From Octopus vulgaris (taxonomy: Eukaryota), in NCBI GenBank assembly GCA_951406725.2, contig OX597820.1, positions 22,754,001 through 22,818,000 on the forward strand: 64,000 bases of DNA. Direction: 5' to 3'. Positions 22,214-36,047 of the stretch are shown piece by piece. A program made the translations under genes and the position numbers. Numbering within the stretch: position 1 is the first letter of the stretch; each line of letters opens with the position of its first letter. The notes below the pieces were generated by a model. The model was not told the DNA's origin. It saw nothing but the letters and a program-made list of their open reading frames with translations, and searched no databases.

Positions 22214-24828
22214 CTAGTGATAAGAAAAAATACTTGTTAACCTTGGCTAATATTTAGTGATAGCAAATCAACTCATATACCAGTCAAGGTTTTTTAGGCA
22301 CATAAATATGGGTTGGTTCTGGAGTGGACAATCGATATAGGTTGGACAAATGGTATTTGCAAATGTCTCCAATGTTGCTACCAGTCTACCATTATTTAGC
22401 ATTCCCAGAATACCAGTGGAAAGTGGAACAGGTTCATTAATCACTTTGATAAAGAATATTCACAATAACATTTTAATTCCATCCTCTTCCAATAGTAAAG
22501 TGCTCCTTTGATTGTTGCTATTTTGAACCGCAGAATTCATAATGAAAGTAAAACGGCTCGAAGGCACTAATTGAAAGTGCCTGAGAAATAAACTGCAGCA
22601 CTTGTAATTACAAACTGTAATGGGAACTGTTTCTACAGGAAAAAATTTAGAGCACAGGCAGCTAATGCTATTGTTATATTTTGATTCATGAAACTGCATT
22701 TAACCTAGTGGAGAGAAGGATATGATGCTGCACCATGAGCAGAAGAGGAGTCTTAACATTGTGAGCGAAAGCAAAATAATAGAATTTGTAGAGAAATCAG
22801 TCCAATGCCTGCTCTTATTGATCTACCAATATATCTGCTTCCTAATTGAGCAAACTAGAAAGAGTGCAATTGCCAGTCTTTCAATTAATTTAACATAGTT
22901 AATATAGAAAATTGTCTAAGAATCAAAGTAGCCAGAACTTGTTTTATTCTCGTATTATTAATGTAATAACTCCAACTATTGAAATCATATCCCCCCTTTT
23001 GTGGGCATTGGTTACTTTCAATATATGAGTTAAGCTAATAAAAACTGCATCAATTAAACAGAGCAGGAAAAAACTGTGAATTAAATATCACTATTCAAAT
23101 TTCAGGTTCTGTTTCATGAAACTTCAAGTCAGAAACCACTTGCAGTATGAAATAATTTTAGAATAGATTGGGCTAATGCTATACAAAAATTGATATTTTA
23201 CAGATAATTGTACTTAATAATTGGTGTTGGGAAATTTTAACGAATATATTTTCAATATAGCCAGCAGTTACTTATATGGAAATATGGAGAAAGAAAATTA
23301 CCTAAAGCAATATCAATATTATTAATTTTTTTTATTTACATATTTTGAAGAATATCAATAAATTACTTTGTGGCTTACAAAAGGGTTCTTTATTTTCCAT
23401 ACAGTATTCTGTCTAATTATTTCTTTGGCTTTCCTTTTGAAGATGGCAGTACTTTTTAATTTGATCAAATGTAGTGTAATGTATTTTTATATAAGGTTCT
23501 TTTTCTTTTACAAATTAAAATATAAGATGATAATTACTGAATATTTATTTTATTACAGAGATTTAATGATTATTTACATTGTATTGAATTACATTAAAAA
23601 AAAAATCTCATATGGTTTAAGGGGTGGGGGACACATCTTTTGTGTTTTTCTATTACTTTAACTCCAAAAAGGCATTTAATTTATAAACTTTTACATCATT
23701 ATTATTACAATATTCAAACCTAAATTTTAAGTGAAACCTAAAGTTTTATATTCTAATTCAGATTTATGAATGATAGTATATACCTAGCTATAGCTTGTAT
23801 GACAGGAAATATCAAACAAAACTAATTCATTTAACATTGTTTTTATCATTTTTTTTCTTTTGTAAAGCAATATTTGCACAAGCCATTTTTAGCTTTCATA
23901 TTTTATCTTTATACTTTTATACAAATAAAATATCTTTACCCCTGCATTGTCATCATCTGAGACAACTGCCTGATATGTATCTTGTACTGAGAGACCTCCA
24001 GCTCAGTCACCGTGTACAGTCATACATATTTTATACATTATCAGATATGGATAGCTGTTAACTAAAAGGATTTTTCATAATAGTAGCATGCTGAGAATTT
24101 ATTAAATATTAATGCTACATCAAAAACCTGAAGCCAGACCAATTTCAATTTTGATTGATTCCATATTGTCATGCGTAACGTAACCTCCTGGAGAACTGAG
24201 TTGATTCTTTTGTACTTAGAGGACAATATGTTTGAATACAGGTACTATCTTAGTAGAAATATTTAGATATAATTAATCCACAAATTAAGAGCTTTTAACT
24301 TCTAAAGTTTTCTTTTAGTAACTATGTACCTAATTTAGACACTGATTATGAGTTTTCCAAATAATCATACTTCCCAAGAGTAATATGACTGATTCTAAAT
24401 AGAGAACAGGATCCATAAACCATGTGAGAATAAACAAGTCTCATAGGTAATTTGTGGGAATCCTGAAAATATTGACAACAACAGTTAGAACTGGTGCCAA
24501 CGATCCAATGTAGAATCATGAAAACAGAGAATGTCTCCATCTTGAATTTTATATTTCAATCTACACAGAGTTTGAGTGTTTAATATCTAATTGTGATAAT
24601 AATTAAACAGAAAAAAAATATATTAACTTCTTTTTAATTTTGTAAACTTTAGCTAATCAAATTAGTTTATAAACTTATTAAAAACAAACAAAAAATTGAA
24701 AAACATGGTACAAAAATGATTAAAAATATATTGGAAAAGTTTTAAAATTGAAGACTTTCATTATGAGAGAAAACCCAAATGTGGATAATATGGTTGAAAA
24801 AGAAAGGAAAAAAATATCTTGCCCTTAC

Positions 24829-24963
24829 CTGATTAAGAGCTTCCATTCGCTGTGCGAGTTCAGCCTCTACTGTTGGTAGAGCTTCTGCCTTACGTAACGA
24901 TTGCTGCAGTTTCTGTTCTGACAACTCTAATTTTTCTTGAATAACTCTTATTTTTTCTTCACT
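24829..24963 (-). CDS. PPFIA: Liprin-alpha exon C, 135 nt, phase 0-0: [45 protein letters not shown]
   Basis: Acceptor tttttccag|AGT, donor CAG|gtaagg. Conserved motif '[25 protein letters not shown]'. Confidence 0.97.
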
Positions 24964-25055
24964 CTGGAAAAATAAAAGGGTTGGGTACAAAATAAAGATA
25001 TGTTAAAAATAAGTTTTTTTTATTTCAATTAAAATATGAAGTAACAAGAGATAGG

Positions 25056-25530
25056 GAGTACAATATCATTTGGGAGAAGCATGGAGTTAAAGAATCACAC
25101 ACCAGAAATGAGTTAACCAGATTTATGGTGAGTGGGTTTTACAAAGTGCATATTTATTTTTTTAGAAGTACATAACCAGTACAAATGAAAGTGTGTCTTG
25201 AAGGTTTAAGAAGTCTGCTTCACAACCACATGGTCATGGTCTTGATCACAATGTATGGCACCCACAGCAAGTGTCTTCTATCATAGCCTCAGATTGACCA
25301 AAGACATATAAGTGGAATTTGGTAGTATGAACCTGTGTGAAAGCCTGTTGAGTATCTCAATAAGGAATTGCAGAAATCAGCAACATGCTGCTACCACCAT
25401 CCAAGACATATAGTAATTGCATATAAACCAGAGTACAATATCATTTGGGAGAAGCATGGAGTTAAAGAATCACACACCAGAAATGCTGCTACCAGCATCC
25501 AAGACACATAGTAATTGCTTATAAACCAGA
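25056..25530 (+). repeat. Local duplications: exact 55-bp unit A (25056-25110, 25431-25485) and 48-bp unit B (25385-25432, 25483-25530)
   Basis: Direct reading: 'gagtacaatatcatttgggagaagcatggagttaaagaatcacacaccagaaatg' occurs twice; 'atgctgctacca.catccaagaca.atagtaattgc.tataaaccaga' occurs twice. Confidence 0.9.
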
Positions 25531-28023
25531 CATTACAGAATGTGGTATGAAGCATCAACTTCTGTGCCACAGAACCAGCTGAACATTTGATATTTGTACT
25601 GATTTCTGACACTGCAGAATAATGCTGTTCTATAATGTTTAACAAATAGAAAATAAATTTATGTCTGACAACAGACTATAAAATAAATAGGAATTCATTT
25701 GTTTTGTCTGAAAGATTCATCTAAAAATTTCCTCTAACAGTTCTTATTGATAAACTAACATCTACATGATGATGATATTTAATACTATTTTTCAAGTGGA
25801 ACTGTTGATCTAATTGAACAATTTACAGAATTTTACACAAATAAATTAATTAAAACAGTTAATTGAAACTTTTCGGTAATTTCATTACAAAACTTACCTG
25901 TTAATAAAAGCAGCAATTTATCAAGAATAAAAGCATCCACTTATATTATATACTACTTATAAGCATATTGATTATTTATTGGTTCAGTTGATTGATTTTG
26001 ACACTAAATGTACATTCAACACTTTAAACATTTAATTGTAGAATATAATTTAAAAAAATATTTTTCCTTTAAAATCAACTATAAAATTGCTATAACAATT
26101 TTGGAAGTATTTTCTTTTTTTTTATATTTAAAATAAATATTTTGATAATAATCTTATCACAACATAAAAATATTGCATGCAATATGATTGATGAAAAAAA
26201 AGAGAAGCAAAATTGGCCAAGACCAAAGAGAGAAATGTGCAGCAAATTCCCAAAGCCTGGCATAATCTATGAAGCTTGTGTGATGTCACTTCAGTAAGCT
26301 CACCAATTATTACACCTGCAAATTAACTTAAATAAACTACTAGAAAGACTGCAGGAGTTAAATTAAATAAGAACTTTAATACGAAGTTTAACTTCACTAT
26401 TTTCTACTACATCAAATGGAACATTTAAATATAGTTTAGCACTAATTTAGGAAAAAATACTTTTAAAAAAAAATCTATTATTTTCTATACTGATTGAATT
26501 AAACAACTTTTATAGAAAACCATGAGGGGGGGAAAAAAATATAGATTGTTTTAATGGAATTTGATTTAAAAAGTGAAAGACAGATGGGAGAAAATTGACA
26601 GCAAAAAGATATATTACAAATTCAGATACTTTAAAAATCTTTTTTTTCTTCAAAAATAAATTTGATAGATTTTTAAAAATATTAGGTAAACGTGCTTAAA
26701 AAGTGGGTTTACTAAAAGGTATAGGGACAGGTTATTTTTACTCACACATATACCTAGAGTAAATGATAACACTTGTTAAGTCCTTTTATCCGTAGGTCCA
26801 CTGTGTGCTACACATTAGCATGTTTGATAGTAATAAAAGATGCATGAGCATATTAAGCTGCACCCCTATTTCAGGAAAAAATGGCTTCAGTGCATTAAAG
26901 CATATGGAAGGCCTAAATATGCATACAGGACTCAGGGTGATTTTTGAGACAAGTTTTTGAGACCATGAAACATGAACAGCAGGAGAAATCTTCAGAGGAA
27001 GAACCCCTTTCAAGCAAGTGTTTCAGCCCATTCATTCCTGATACTCTAAAGGAGCTGGGTCTTAACCCTAACCCTAGGCAGTAATTCTTAGGTGTCCTCC
27101 TGCTGTTATTAAGTTCAAATCCCACTGAAGTCAATTCTACCTGTCATCCTTTCAGGATCGATAAAATAAGTAGCAGTCAAGTACTCGGGTCGATATAATC
27201 AACTACCTCACTAAACTTGCTGGCCTTGTACCAAAATTTGAAAGAATTATTACTATCACCATCATGATGGTAATGGTCAATAATAATAATAATAATGATA
27301 ATAATAATAATTCCAGAAGTGTCTTATTAATGCATGGTGATAACATCTGGCACCTTATCAAAAAATGTTATTATGAAACAATAAATCAATATACTTAGAC
27401 TGAATATGGAAAACTTGTGTGAGAAAAAAAAAATGTTTATCTTAAAAGTTAATTGATTATTATTAATCAGCTATCGTCATCTTTTCTTTTCGTGTTTTTT
27501 TTTTCTTTTTCCAATCAGAACAGAAAGTATAGTAAAAGATGCATACAGCTATTGGCTCAAAGATTTTACATGATAACAACAACAACAATAATAATAATAA
27601 TAATGATAATGATAACAGCAACAATACTGCTGATCAAATGTTAAACAATATGTAACCAGCCAAACAGATGCTGAGTTGACCATCTGAGCAACTCATCAAA
27701 GTCTTTAACCTGCTGCAGTAAACATCTATTCACTTGCTTCACAGGTTTACATTGGAAAGATTATAATAAAAGCCAATTGATAAAGAGAGGGAGATATGAA
27801 ACCAGGAAGGGTATTCAATTGCAAAATTGCGCAAAGGGAGAGAGGTGGTAGTGGTGAGTGGGGTGATGGTTCTGTTGGAAAAGTAACGAGAAATCACAAA
27901 AAAAATAAAAATAACAATGTGGGAATTTTCGCATAAACAGAGTAAAAGAAAAAGTTTCTGAACAATTAATTCAAAGGAGAAGACGGTAAAGATAAGCAAG
28001 CGCAAAAGAGATGGGTAACTTAC

Positions 28024-28170
28024 AGCCTTTAACTGCGATTCTTTTGAGGCGAGTTCATTTTCTAATTTATCATTCAAGTCATGTAAAGACGTGGACTCCC
28101 TCTGAGCATTAATATACCGTTTTTCTAAAGTTGCTATTCTTTCTTCTTGATCTTCTTTTTGTGCAACAGA
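28024..28170 (-). CDS. PPFIA: Liprin-alpha exon B, 147 nt, phase 0-0: [49 protein letters not shown]
   Basis: Acceptor ttccttgcag|TCT, donor GCT|gtaagt. Near-identical to the conserved liprin-alpha coiled coil '[36 protein letters not shown]'. Confidence 0.97.
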
Positions 28171-28463
28171 CTGCAAGGAAGAAGAATAAGGGGGTGAAAA
28201 AAGATATTATAGTTCATACATACATAATGCTAAAAATGAAAAAAAATATACATATATATAACAATAATAATAATGATGATGATAAAAATAAATGAATTAA
28301 TTAAGAATGTTCCAATCCTGATCATCATTTGTTTTGCTTTCTCTTGCTATTTTGAGGTACAATATTTATAGGACCACACTATAGAATATATCTTTACTCT
28401 TTTAAGACAGCAGTGTAAGTTAAGAGAGATTTAGTTGCTATATCTAGCAAGTTGAAGTGACAT

Positions 28464-28803
28464 TATTATTACCTCCACCTTAGCGAAGGTGGAGGTATTG
28501 TTTTCAGTCTAAGAACTGATGGATGGATTCAGATGAAACTTTCAGAGATGTTTGGCCTTGTGTCTGGCATGAACTGATTAGATTTTGGGACTGATTCAGT
28601 ACCGGACAAAGATTCTGGATTATTTTTTCATTTTTTTTTTTTTACTTAATTTTTGAGAGTGGTTGGGTTCATTTTTAGTATTCTTGTTTGTGAGAGCAGT
28701 TGAGTTTATTTCAGATATTCTCATTTTAAAAATCATCTTCAGCTAATTGTTGAGAGGACATCGGTGTTGCGTTGGTGTAGGTTTGTGCACTCTGAGTGGT
28801 CTT
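28464..28803 (+). mobile_element. Helentron-associated / DINE-1-like non-autonomous element
   Basis: 5' ttattacctccacctt-agcg-aaggtggaggta hairpin, internal 'ggatggatt..gatgaaacttt', and 3' 'gtgcactctgagtg' palindrome in a T-rich context. Classification is inferred from structure. Confidence 0.55.
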
Positions 28804-28933
28804 CTTCTCATTATTATTATTATCATAGTAAGTTTAAGTTGACTACTTTTACATAACTTCAAATTTCTTGCATGGGTCAGCAATCATCAGATGATACATT
28901 AACAAACATTGGATGATCACTACATAAACATCT

Positions 28934-29245
28934 TTACTGTTCATCAAACAAAAACAGATAAAATTTGCAGGTCGCTGTTTTCATTGAACAGGTCAATCTG
29001 TCACAGCGCTTCATTCTATAACCCCCCATGGAGGTGTTTAAGCTTGGTGATGAGCCCCGCAAGATGTATGTCCTTGAACTTGTGTGGGGACACAGGACTG
29101 TGAAATGTTTCAGAGTTGGCACATGCAGTGTCATCTGTCGTCTCAAACAGCCTGGAGGGAAATTTGTTCTCAAGTTGGAGTCAACATCTACAAGTGATGT
29201 GGTGCAGACCAAACAAGGAAGGTCACTCTTTACTTTGCTCAAAAT
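28934..29245 (-). mobile_element. Possible decayed LINE 3'-end fragment
   Basis: GC-richer unique-looking block; 'SSPSLNT' resembles the CR1-type ORF2 C-terminus. Weak evidence. Confidence 0.25.
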
Positions 29246-30309
29246 ACTTCTTGGAACTTTGTGTGTGTGTATGGGGGAGGGGACATAGCCGAGCAGTTAA
29301 GAGGTTTTCTCCCCAACCATGTAATTTTGGATTCATTTCTGCTGTGCAACACCTTGGAGAAGTGTCTTCTACTACAGCTCCTGGCTGACCAAAATGAAGT
29401 TAATGAATTTGGTAGGTGGAAACTGATAGAAGCACATTGTGTGCGCATGTGTGTATGTACGTATATTATACAAACACACACACATATATATTATATGCCA
29501 GCATGGAAGGTGGATGTTAAACGATAATGATGTATGTATGTATGCACGCACATATGCATGTGTGAGTCTATTTACATTTGGATGCTGCAAGTGGTGGTGT
29601 TTTCACTTGTCGCAACAACAGACTGCCCGCACACCTCAAACCTTCATAGACATGTGAAATAAGAGACCCAAAGATCCATTATTTGAAAAAACAGGTAAGG
29701 GTTAGTGTCAGGGAGAGTAGTAAAATAATGCCCCAATGATGCATTCAGCTGGATGCCAAATAAGCATTTGTGTGTGTGTGTGTATATATAACGATTGTGT
29801 TATAGGTTCTATGTAATGAATACTGAAACATCTCCAGCAGAAAAGCCAAGCATGCCAGATTCAATATGGTGAATAATATTACATCCCAGTGAAGTTAAAC
29901 ACATTCACATTATCTGCTGCTGAGTTTAAGCATTAAGTATTATGCAAATAATTCTGTGCAACGAAACTCTCAATTACATTTGCAAGAAATAATCCAAGAA
30001 GAAAATATCAATAAAATTCCAAATAGGAACTGCTAGTATTTTGGAATATTGAGTAAGAATACAATGCAAATGAGACAAATTACTAAGTACAGTTAGATAT
30101 TTTCCGTAAGAAACATAAAGAGGGGAGGGGGTTCATTTTACTAATATAAGAATTAAACTTTAAAAACTTTATGAGAAGAATGTATATGGAATTAAACAAC
30201 AAAGGAACTGACTCCTGGTATTATAAATTCAAAGGAACTGGCTGATGATATTAATAAATTGCAAAAATGAACAACTGTATATTGTAGATAGGTATCTATA
30301 TGTCGGTGA

Positions 30310-31043
30310 TGCAGGTTGTGTGGCTAAGAAGCTCATTTTGCAATCAGGTGATTTGGGGTTCAATCCTACAGATTGGGGTTCAATGCCATCTTGGGCCAAG
30401 TGTCTTCTACTATAGACTCAGTCAAACAAGGCCAAGTGAGTGAATCTCGTAGACAGAAACTGTGCAGAAGCACACACAGTGTGCATGTGCGTGTGTGATA
30501 GCTTTACAACTTAATGGTTCAGCAAAAAGAAACTGCTGGAATAACTGTCGAGCATAAAATAGGTCTTGGGATTGACTTGATTAAATTCTTTTTAGGCAGA
30601 ATCCCAGCAGCCCAATGAAGGAAATGAGTAAACAAACACAAAAATGTGTGTACACATATATCTTCTTATTTGTTTTCTTTTACATCTTTTACTTGTTTCA
30701 GTCATTTGACTGTGGCCATGCTGGAGCACCGCCTTTAGTCAAGTAAATCGACCCCAGGACTTATTCTTTGTAAGCCTAGTACTTATTCTATTGGTCTCTT
30801 TTGCCGAACCACTAAGTTACAGGAATGTAAACACACCAGCATCGTTGTCAAGCGATGTTGGGGGGACATATATACATATATACGACAGGGTTCTTTCAGT
30901 TTCCATCTACCAAATCCACTCACAAGGCTTTGGTTGGCCCGAGGCTATAGTAGAAGACACTTGCCCAAGGTGCCACACAGTGGGACTGAACCCGGAACCA
31001 TGTGGTTGGTAAGCAAGCTACTTACCACACAGCCACTCCAGCA
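30310..31043. mobile_element. Tail-to-tail pair of tRNA-derived SINEs: old + copy (about 30310-30630) and young - copy (about 30685-31043)
   Basis: Both match the 43707-44124 family, in opposite orientations. Confidence 0.8.
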
Positions 31044-33899
31044 CCTATATACACAAATATATGCATACCTATACATACACAAAAAAATATACTGGCTGAA
31101 GAAAACAGCATGCAGTTAAATGTGGAAAAATTTTCAAATGCTGACTTGAAGAATCAAATCTGAAATATCCTCTCATCCGAAAATCAACAATTCCATTTTA
31201 TGATTGTCTGCATTAGTAATTAGCAGCCACAATAAAGACAGTGCAGACTAAAATTGCAATTTTATGCAAAAGTCAAGAAGCATCTTCATATGTAATGTAG
31301 TCCCAGATGGTTACCAAGTTGTTCCCTTTATAAGCATTATATACACCGTATTTGTGCGTGTGCATGTGAGTGCATGAGAGAGAGACAGTGTGTTTGTGAT
31401 GGAGAGTGGGGTAAGTATTGATTTTTGATCAAAATGCAACCAAGATCTCTAAATGATGACATTTGCTTCAAAGAAGCTCTTACATTGAATTATGCAACTT
31501 TTCAGTACATTAAAAAAAATACTAAATTATTTCACTTTGAAAGAAAGAAAATAATAATAATAATAATGAAAAAAGAGTTTTGCATTTATACCACCGACTG
31601 TTATTTTGGTGAGACAGAAGTTTCGCATATCATTAGCTTAAAAAGGAATTAAATTCTTTGCATTTTCATTTAAATCTAAAAATTACAGATGGGAGAAACT
31701 CAAGTATAATGATGATTAAAACCATTTTCTAAGAATTATTTAGAAAATGAAATTGTAGACAAAACTTTAAAAAAATTTTTTAAATATGATGAAATATAAA
31801 CCCCTTATGTGCAATGATGATGGTGGTATGATATACATGTACACCAAACACATACATAATACCATGGGGCGCACACACACACACTCAAACCTTTCAATAT
31901 GTAAAAAGGAAAAGCTGATGCAAACCATCTTCAGGCTTATACCACCCAAGAATTATTCTGAGCCAAAGGCTGCATATTATCACCTTTGAGATTAGTTATG
32001 TCATAATCTGCTTTCATCGCGAGTCAAACGAAGATGCATTTACAAATAGTCTATCCAATTAGCATTAACCAGTGGCAATATTATTCATTATCTGTACCAC
32101 AAAACATAGCAAAGATATTTAAATTTTTTTTTTTTTTTGCATGGAGATTTATACCAAGAAGTAGAAAGAATGAAATATATACACACACACTTAAACCATT
32201 CATTCCAGTACAACCAACTGTACAGCATTCATTTAATCTATGGAAACTGATTCATAGAGTTTCTAATAAATGATGAGTTTTTAACTGGGATTAGAAATCA
32301 CCAAGTAAATTGTGTTCAGCAAAGATTGCCGTGATACGTTCCATGCAGAAAATAATCTGTAAAACTTTTAGCAAGGTTAACAAAATCAGGGCTATGTTAG
32401 TTTAGTGAAATTCTATTAAATACATTTTAATCTTAAGAAGCAATGATGGAAGCTTGTCCCTTGCAGCCAACAAATAAGTATGAATTTCAGTAAATATTTT
32501 GACAAAGGTCATTTGAACTAAGTTGAAAGCTGAAACAGTCAAGATGAGTAAAAGAACATCAAAAAGGAATATACTGTAGATTTGCCTAGTGTATTATTAC
32601 TTATAATTCAGATCAGTAACGAGATTGACCATATTGAATATTTTTCAAAGGAAAAAAATAAATAACGTGTGCAATTCCTTTATAGTCATTTAAACATGAA
32701 AGACAACCTGGGAAATATATCTTTTTTGTGTTGCCTGGTTTTAAATATAAACTACAAAAGCATGAAAGAAAGTAACAGCCATTACATTTTCAAAATTACA
32801 TACCAGCTCACATTTTATTTTATTCATGAACATTTCAAACAAACTATATGGAAAAAGAACTGAGAATGTAAGCACCAAGACCATGACATAAAATGGTATC
32901 TGCTACCCATCAGCTGAAGACAGCTAGCCTATGCATGGCAAAACTATAATTTGAAGCACATGGCAGAACTACAATTTAGAAAATATTTTCGAGTTTCTGT
33001 TATATCAATAATGTCATCTCTTAGCCATCATGAAAACTTCATATGAAAAAATAAAAATCATTATTGCCTAAGAGTGAATCTAAAGACAAAAAAATGTTAA
33101 AGTATTCATGTTTGCAGACAGCAACTATCGATGATGCAGTAGGTCTTTTAGAAATATATCACATTTTCTTTTTTTTTTTTTTCCAGAGAAATAAAAAATA
33201 CACATACTCGTGTTTATCTGCTACTGAAACATCACTACTTTACCTATCAAAATTTAAAGGCAATTTAATTTTCAATATTGATCAAGACGTTAGTTAATGT
33301 GTAGACGGATCATGAAAAGACGAAGTATACACAAAGCCTATATAGCATATAGGTATACTTAAAAAGAAAGAGAAAGTAAGAAAAATGCAAAAAAATGGTC
33401 ATAATAGATTAGCTAAGATGGTGATTTGTAAGGCAAGGTTTCATTCAGTAGATTTTATTCAATGAACTGTTGGAAGGTGACACTAAAGATCAAATCAGAT
33501 GCTATTTGACAATTGAAGATTAATGTTGAATATTGTGGTCTATCAATGAAATTGTGAGTGGGTTTTTTTTATTCAATACTTCAGAAATAGGAATGACCTT
33601 TTCTAAACTGAAGAATCCTGATAAAATAACTAATTTGTCTGAATGACTTTTTAACAGAAGTAAAATGGACATGTGAGTTAGCTGAACATAATCAATGTTC
33701 TTTCTGTGTATTTCAGAATATTGCTAAAACCAGATATAATGCTTAACTATTAAATAAGGTATCATAAATACAGTATCAGACTGGTAACTCATACTAAACA
33801 GACTGTTCGTTTGGTCACACAGCAGGACACTTAGTTCAAAAAATAAAACTGACAACAATATCAAAATAATGTACTAATAACCAATGGGTTTTCATATTT

Positions 33900-34560
33900 G
33901 AGAAAGCTGATGAGAACAGTGTTGCTACCCTTGACACCAGCAAGGTTTTCAACTGTGCCTGAAACCTAAATATCCTGCAGAGCTGTCCACCTATGGGTTC
34001 CATCCATGTCCTGATTCTTGTATCAGTAACTTCCTGTAAAATTGCATCATTGTAGTACTCGCTCTCTCAACAACACTATCAACTCTGGTTTGCTCCGAGG
34101 TCCAGTTTTGCCCTTCAACTCTTCTCCCTACCAATCAATAACTTATATGTCAACACTTCCTACAATGCTCATAATACCACCCTTCATTCCTCCCTGAAGG
34201 ATCATCCACATTCAGTTTGGGAGGCACGTCTGCCAACTCCGCAATGAGTCCACAAACACAGACTGACCTTGAAAACCTCTTCCAACTGTGTTGTGCCAAA
34301 CTTGTTCCTTTCAACATGATAAAGATAATCATTATACTTATCAAGGAAACATTAACTGCACTCTTCACAAACACAAATAGCATGCATCAAGACCCCATAA
34401 AACTGCTGAAAATGCTGGCTCTCACTATCACACAAGGTCTCTCCTGACAAGTGCACCTCCTCAATATAGCCAAGACTGCATCACAAAGACTGGTTTTCAT
34501 TTTCAGAGCTAGGAAATACTTCAGACTCAAACAGCTATTAGCTCTTCACAATGGAGCACA
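33900..34560 (+). mobile_element. Decayed non-LTR retrotransposon reverse-transcriptase fragment (CR1/Jockey-like)
   Basis: Frame-broken remnants of RT motifs: 'cttgacaccagcaaggttttcaac' resembles LDISKAFD; 'atcaactctggtttgctccgaggtccagttttg' resembles INSGVPQGSVL. Confidence 0.55.
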
Positions 34561-34687
34561 CACACACACACTGTAGAGCATATTCTCCTAAAAGAAACTT
34601 GACTGATTGGTATATAGAATGCAAAGATGGACAAAATGCTGCAAAGCAGTTTGCCTAGCATACTAACACCTCTGTCAGCTCACTGCC

Positions 34688-34688
<1 letters not shown>

Positions 34689-34758
<70 letters not shown>
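34689..34758. repeat. (TAA)n microsatellite
   Basis: Direct reading. Confidence 0.95.
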
Positions 34759-34813
34759 TTGTTCGTTTATTGGCCACAATAATAATAATCATAAAAATAA
34801 TACTAATAATAAT

Positions 34814-35366
34814 TGCCCTGATACAGTACCAGGCAGTGGTTTGCGTGGTTTCTGATCTTAACTGATTGGAAGTGTTATCATGTACATTGTTTTGTCTTAG
34901 TATAAAAGATGGGCTACAGCAAATATTCTGCTCAATACCACAGATTTGCTTGTCAGTTGTTTGACCGTAACCAGTTGAGCATGCTCCTTAGTGGCTGGTG
35001 ATATGTGCATCTCTGATCACGAGCAGAAGTAGTGGGGGAGCATCATAGCCGTGTGTTGAAAGGAATTCTTGGAGGTTTGGATTATTCACCTTTGGAAACA
35101 TGGGTGGTTCATTCAACATCCTTAAACAATCCTTATTCAGGGACCTTTTGAGCAGGATGGGCTACTCAACTAGAAGAAAATTCTAACTGAACCCCACCTG
35201 CAAGGTCATGCATTGTTAATCTTGATATGAAATCACCATGTTGCGCACATATGGTTGTGATGCATGTGCCTGGTGTACCCTTATCAGACAGGTAATCATG
35301 ATGGGTATACTGGGCTTTGTATATTTGATGGCAAGCACTGCTCTCTCACTCAATAATAATAATAAT
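34814..35366 (+). mobile_element. About 550-bp interspersed repeat flanked by (AAT)n, SINE-like
   Basis: The 3' part is the reverse complement of 9136-9375; inserted in AAT runs. Confidence 0.7.
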
Positions 35367-36047
35367 GGGTAGTCAAGTAAAGAATTAATTGACCATTAGA
35401 ACAGATGCTATAAGCTAAAGTCTGATCCATGACTAAAGTTAAGTAAAGATGATTCTAATTATAGCAATAATTACAAACTTAGCTCACACTTTACCATACT
35501 TTAAGCTTAGTTATGTACTTTCTGAACCTTAAAAATATAATATGTAAACTTTGTAAGCATATGTTTAAAATATTAATTTCCTATTCATTCTCACTTTCCT
35601 TTATGCTGGCAAAACAATATTTTTGTTTACCTAGCATCAAGTACATCTCCTACAGTGAATACACACCAGAAATAGATGTTCTTCAACTCTATGTGATAGT
35701 GGTAGGACTATCTCTAGATCTTGCAGAAATTGCACAGAAATACTTAAAATCAAGACAGTTTATTTAGAGTACTTTCAATAACAGATAACATGGTTAATTT
35801 GAATTACAATGTCAACAAGGCATATATGGACATTTTATTCTCAACTTGGTTCTCTTTTATCAGAGTTGTTTTATAAGACTCAGGGAGCCTATTTCTAAAT
35901 GGAAATTTTAAAAAATAAAAATAAAAACTGAAGCTTTACAAGAATCATAAATCCTAATCCCCCATGGATATATTGCATAAGCTTTCCTTTCTTCTTGTCA
36001 ATTAACACCCAGAAGCCAACTAAGTTTTAAATGCTTATTATTAATTA

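Noticed and set aside
29040-29150. Histone-H3-like 'LFE.T...KDIHLA' on the minus strand
   Set aside because: The motif spacing does not match H3 and the rest does not align; likely chance.
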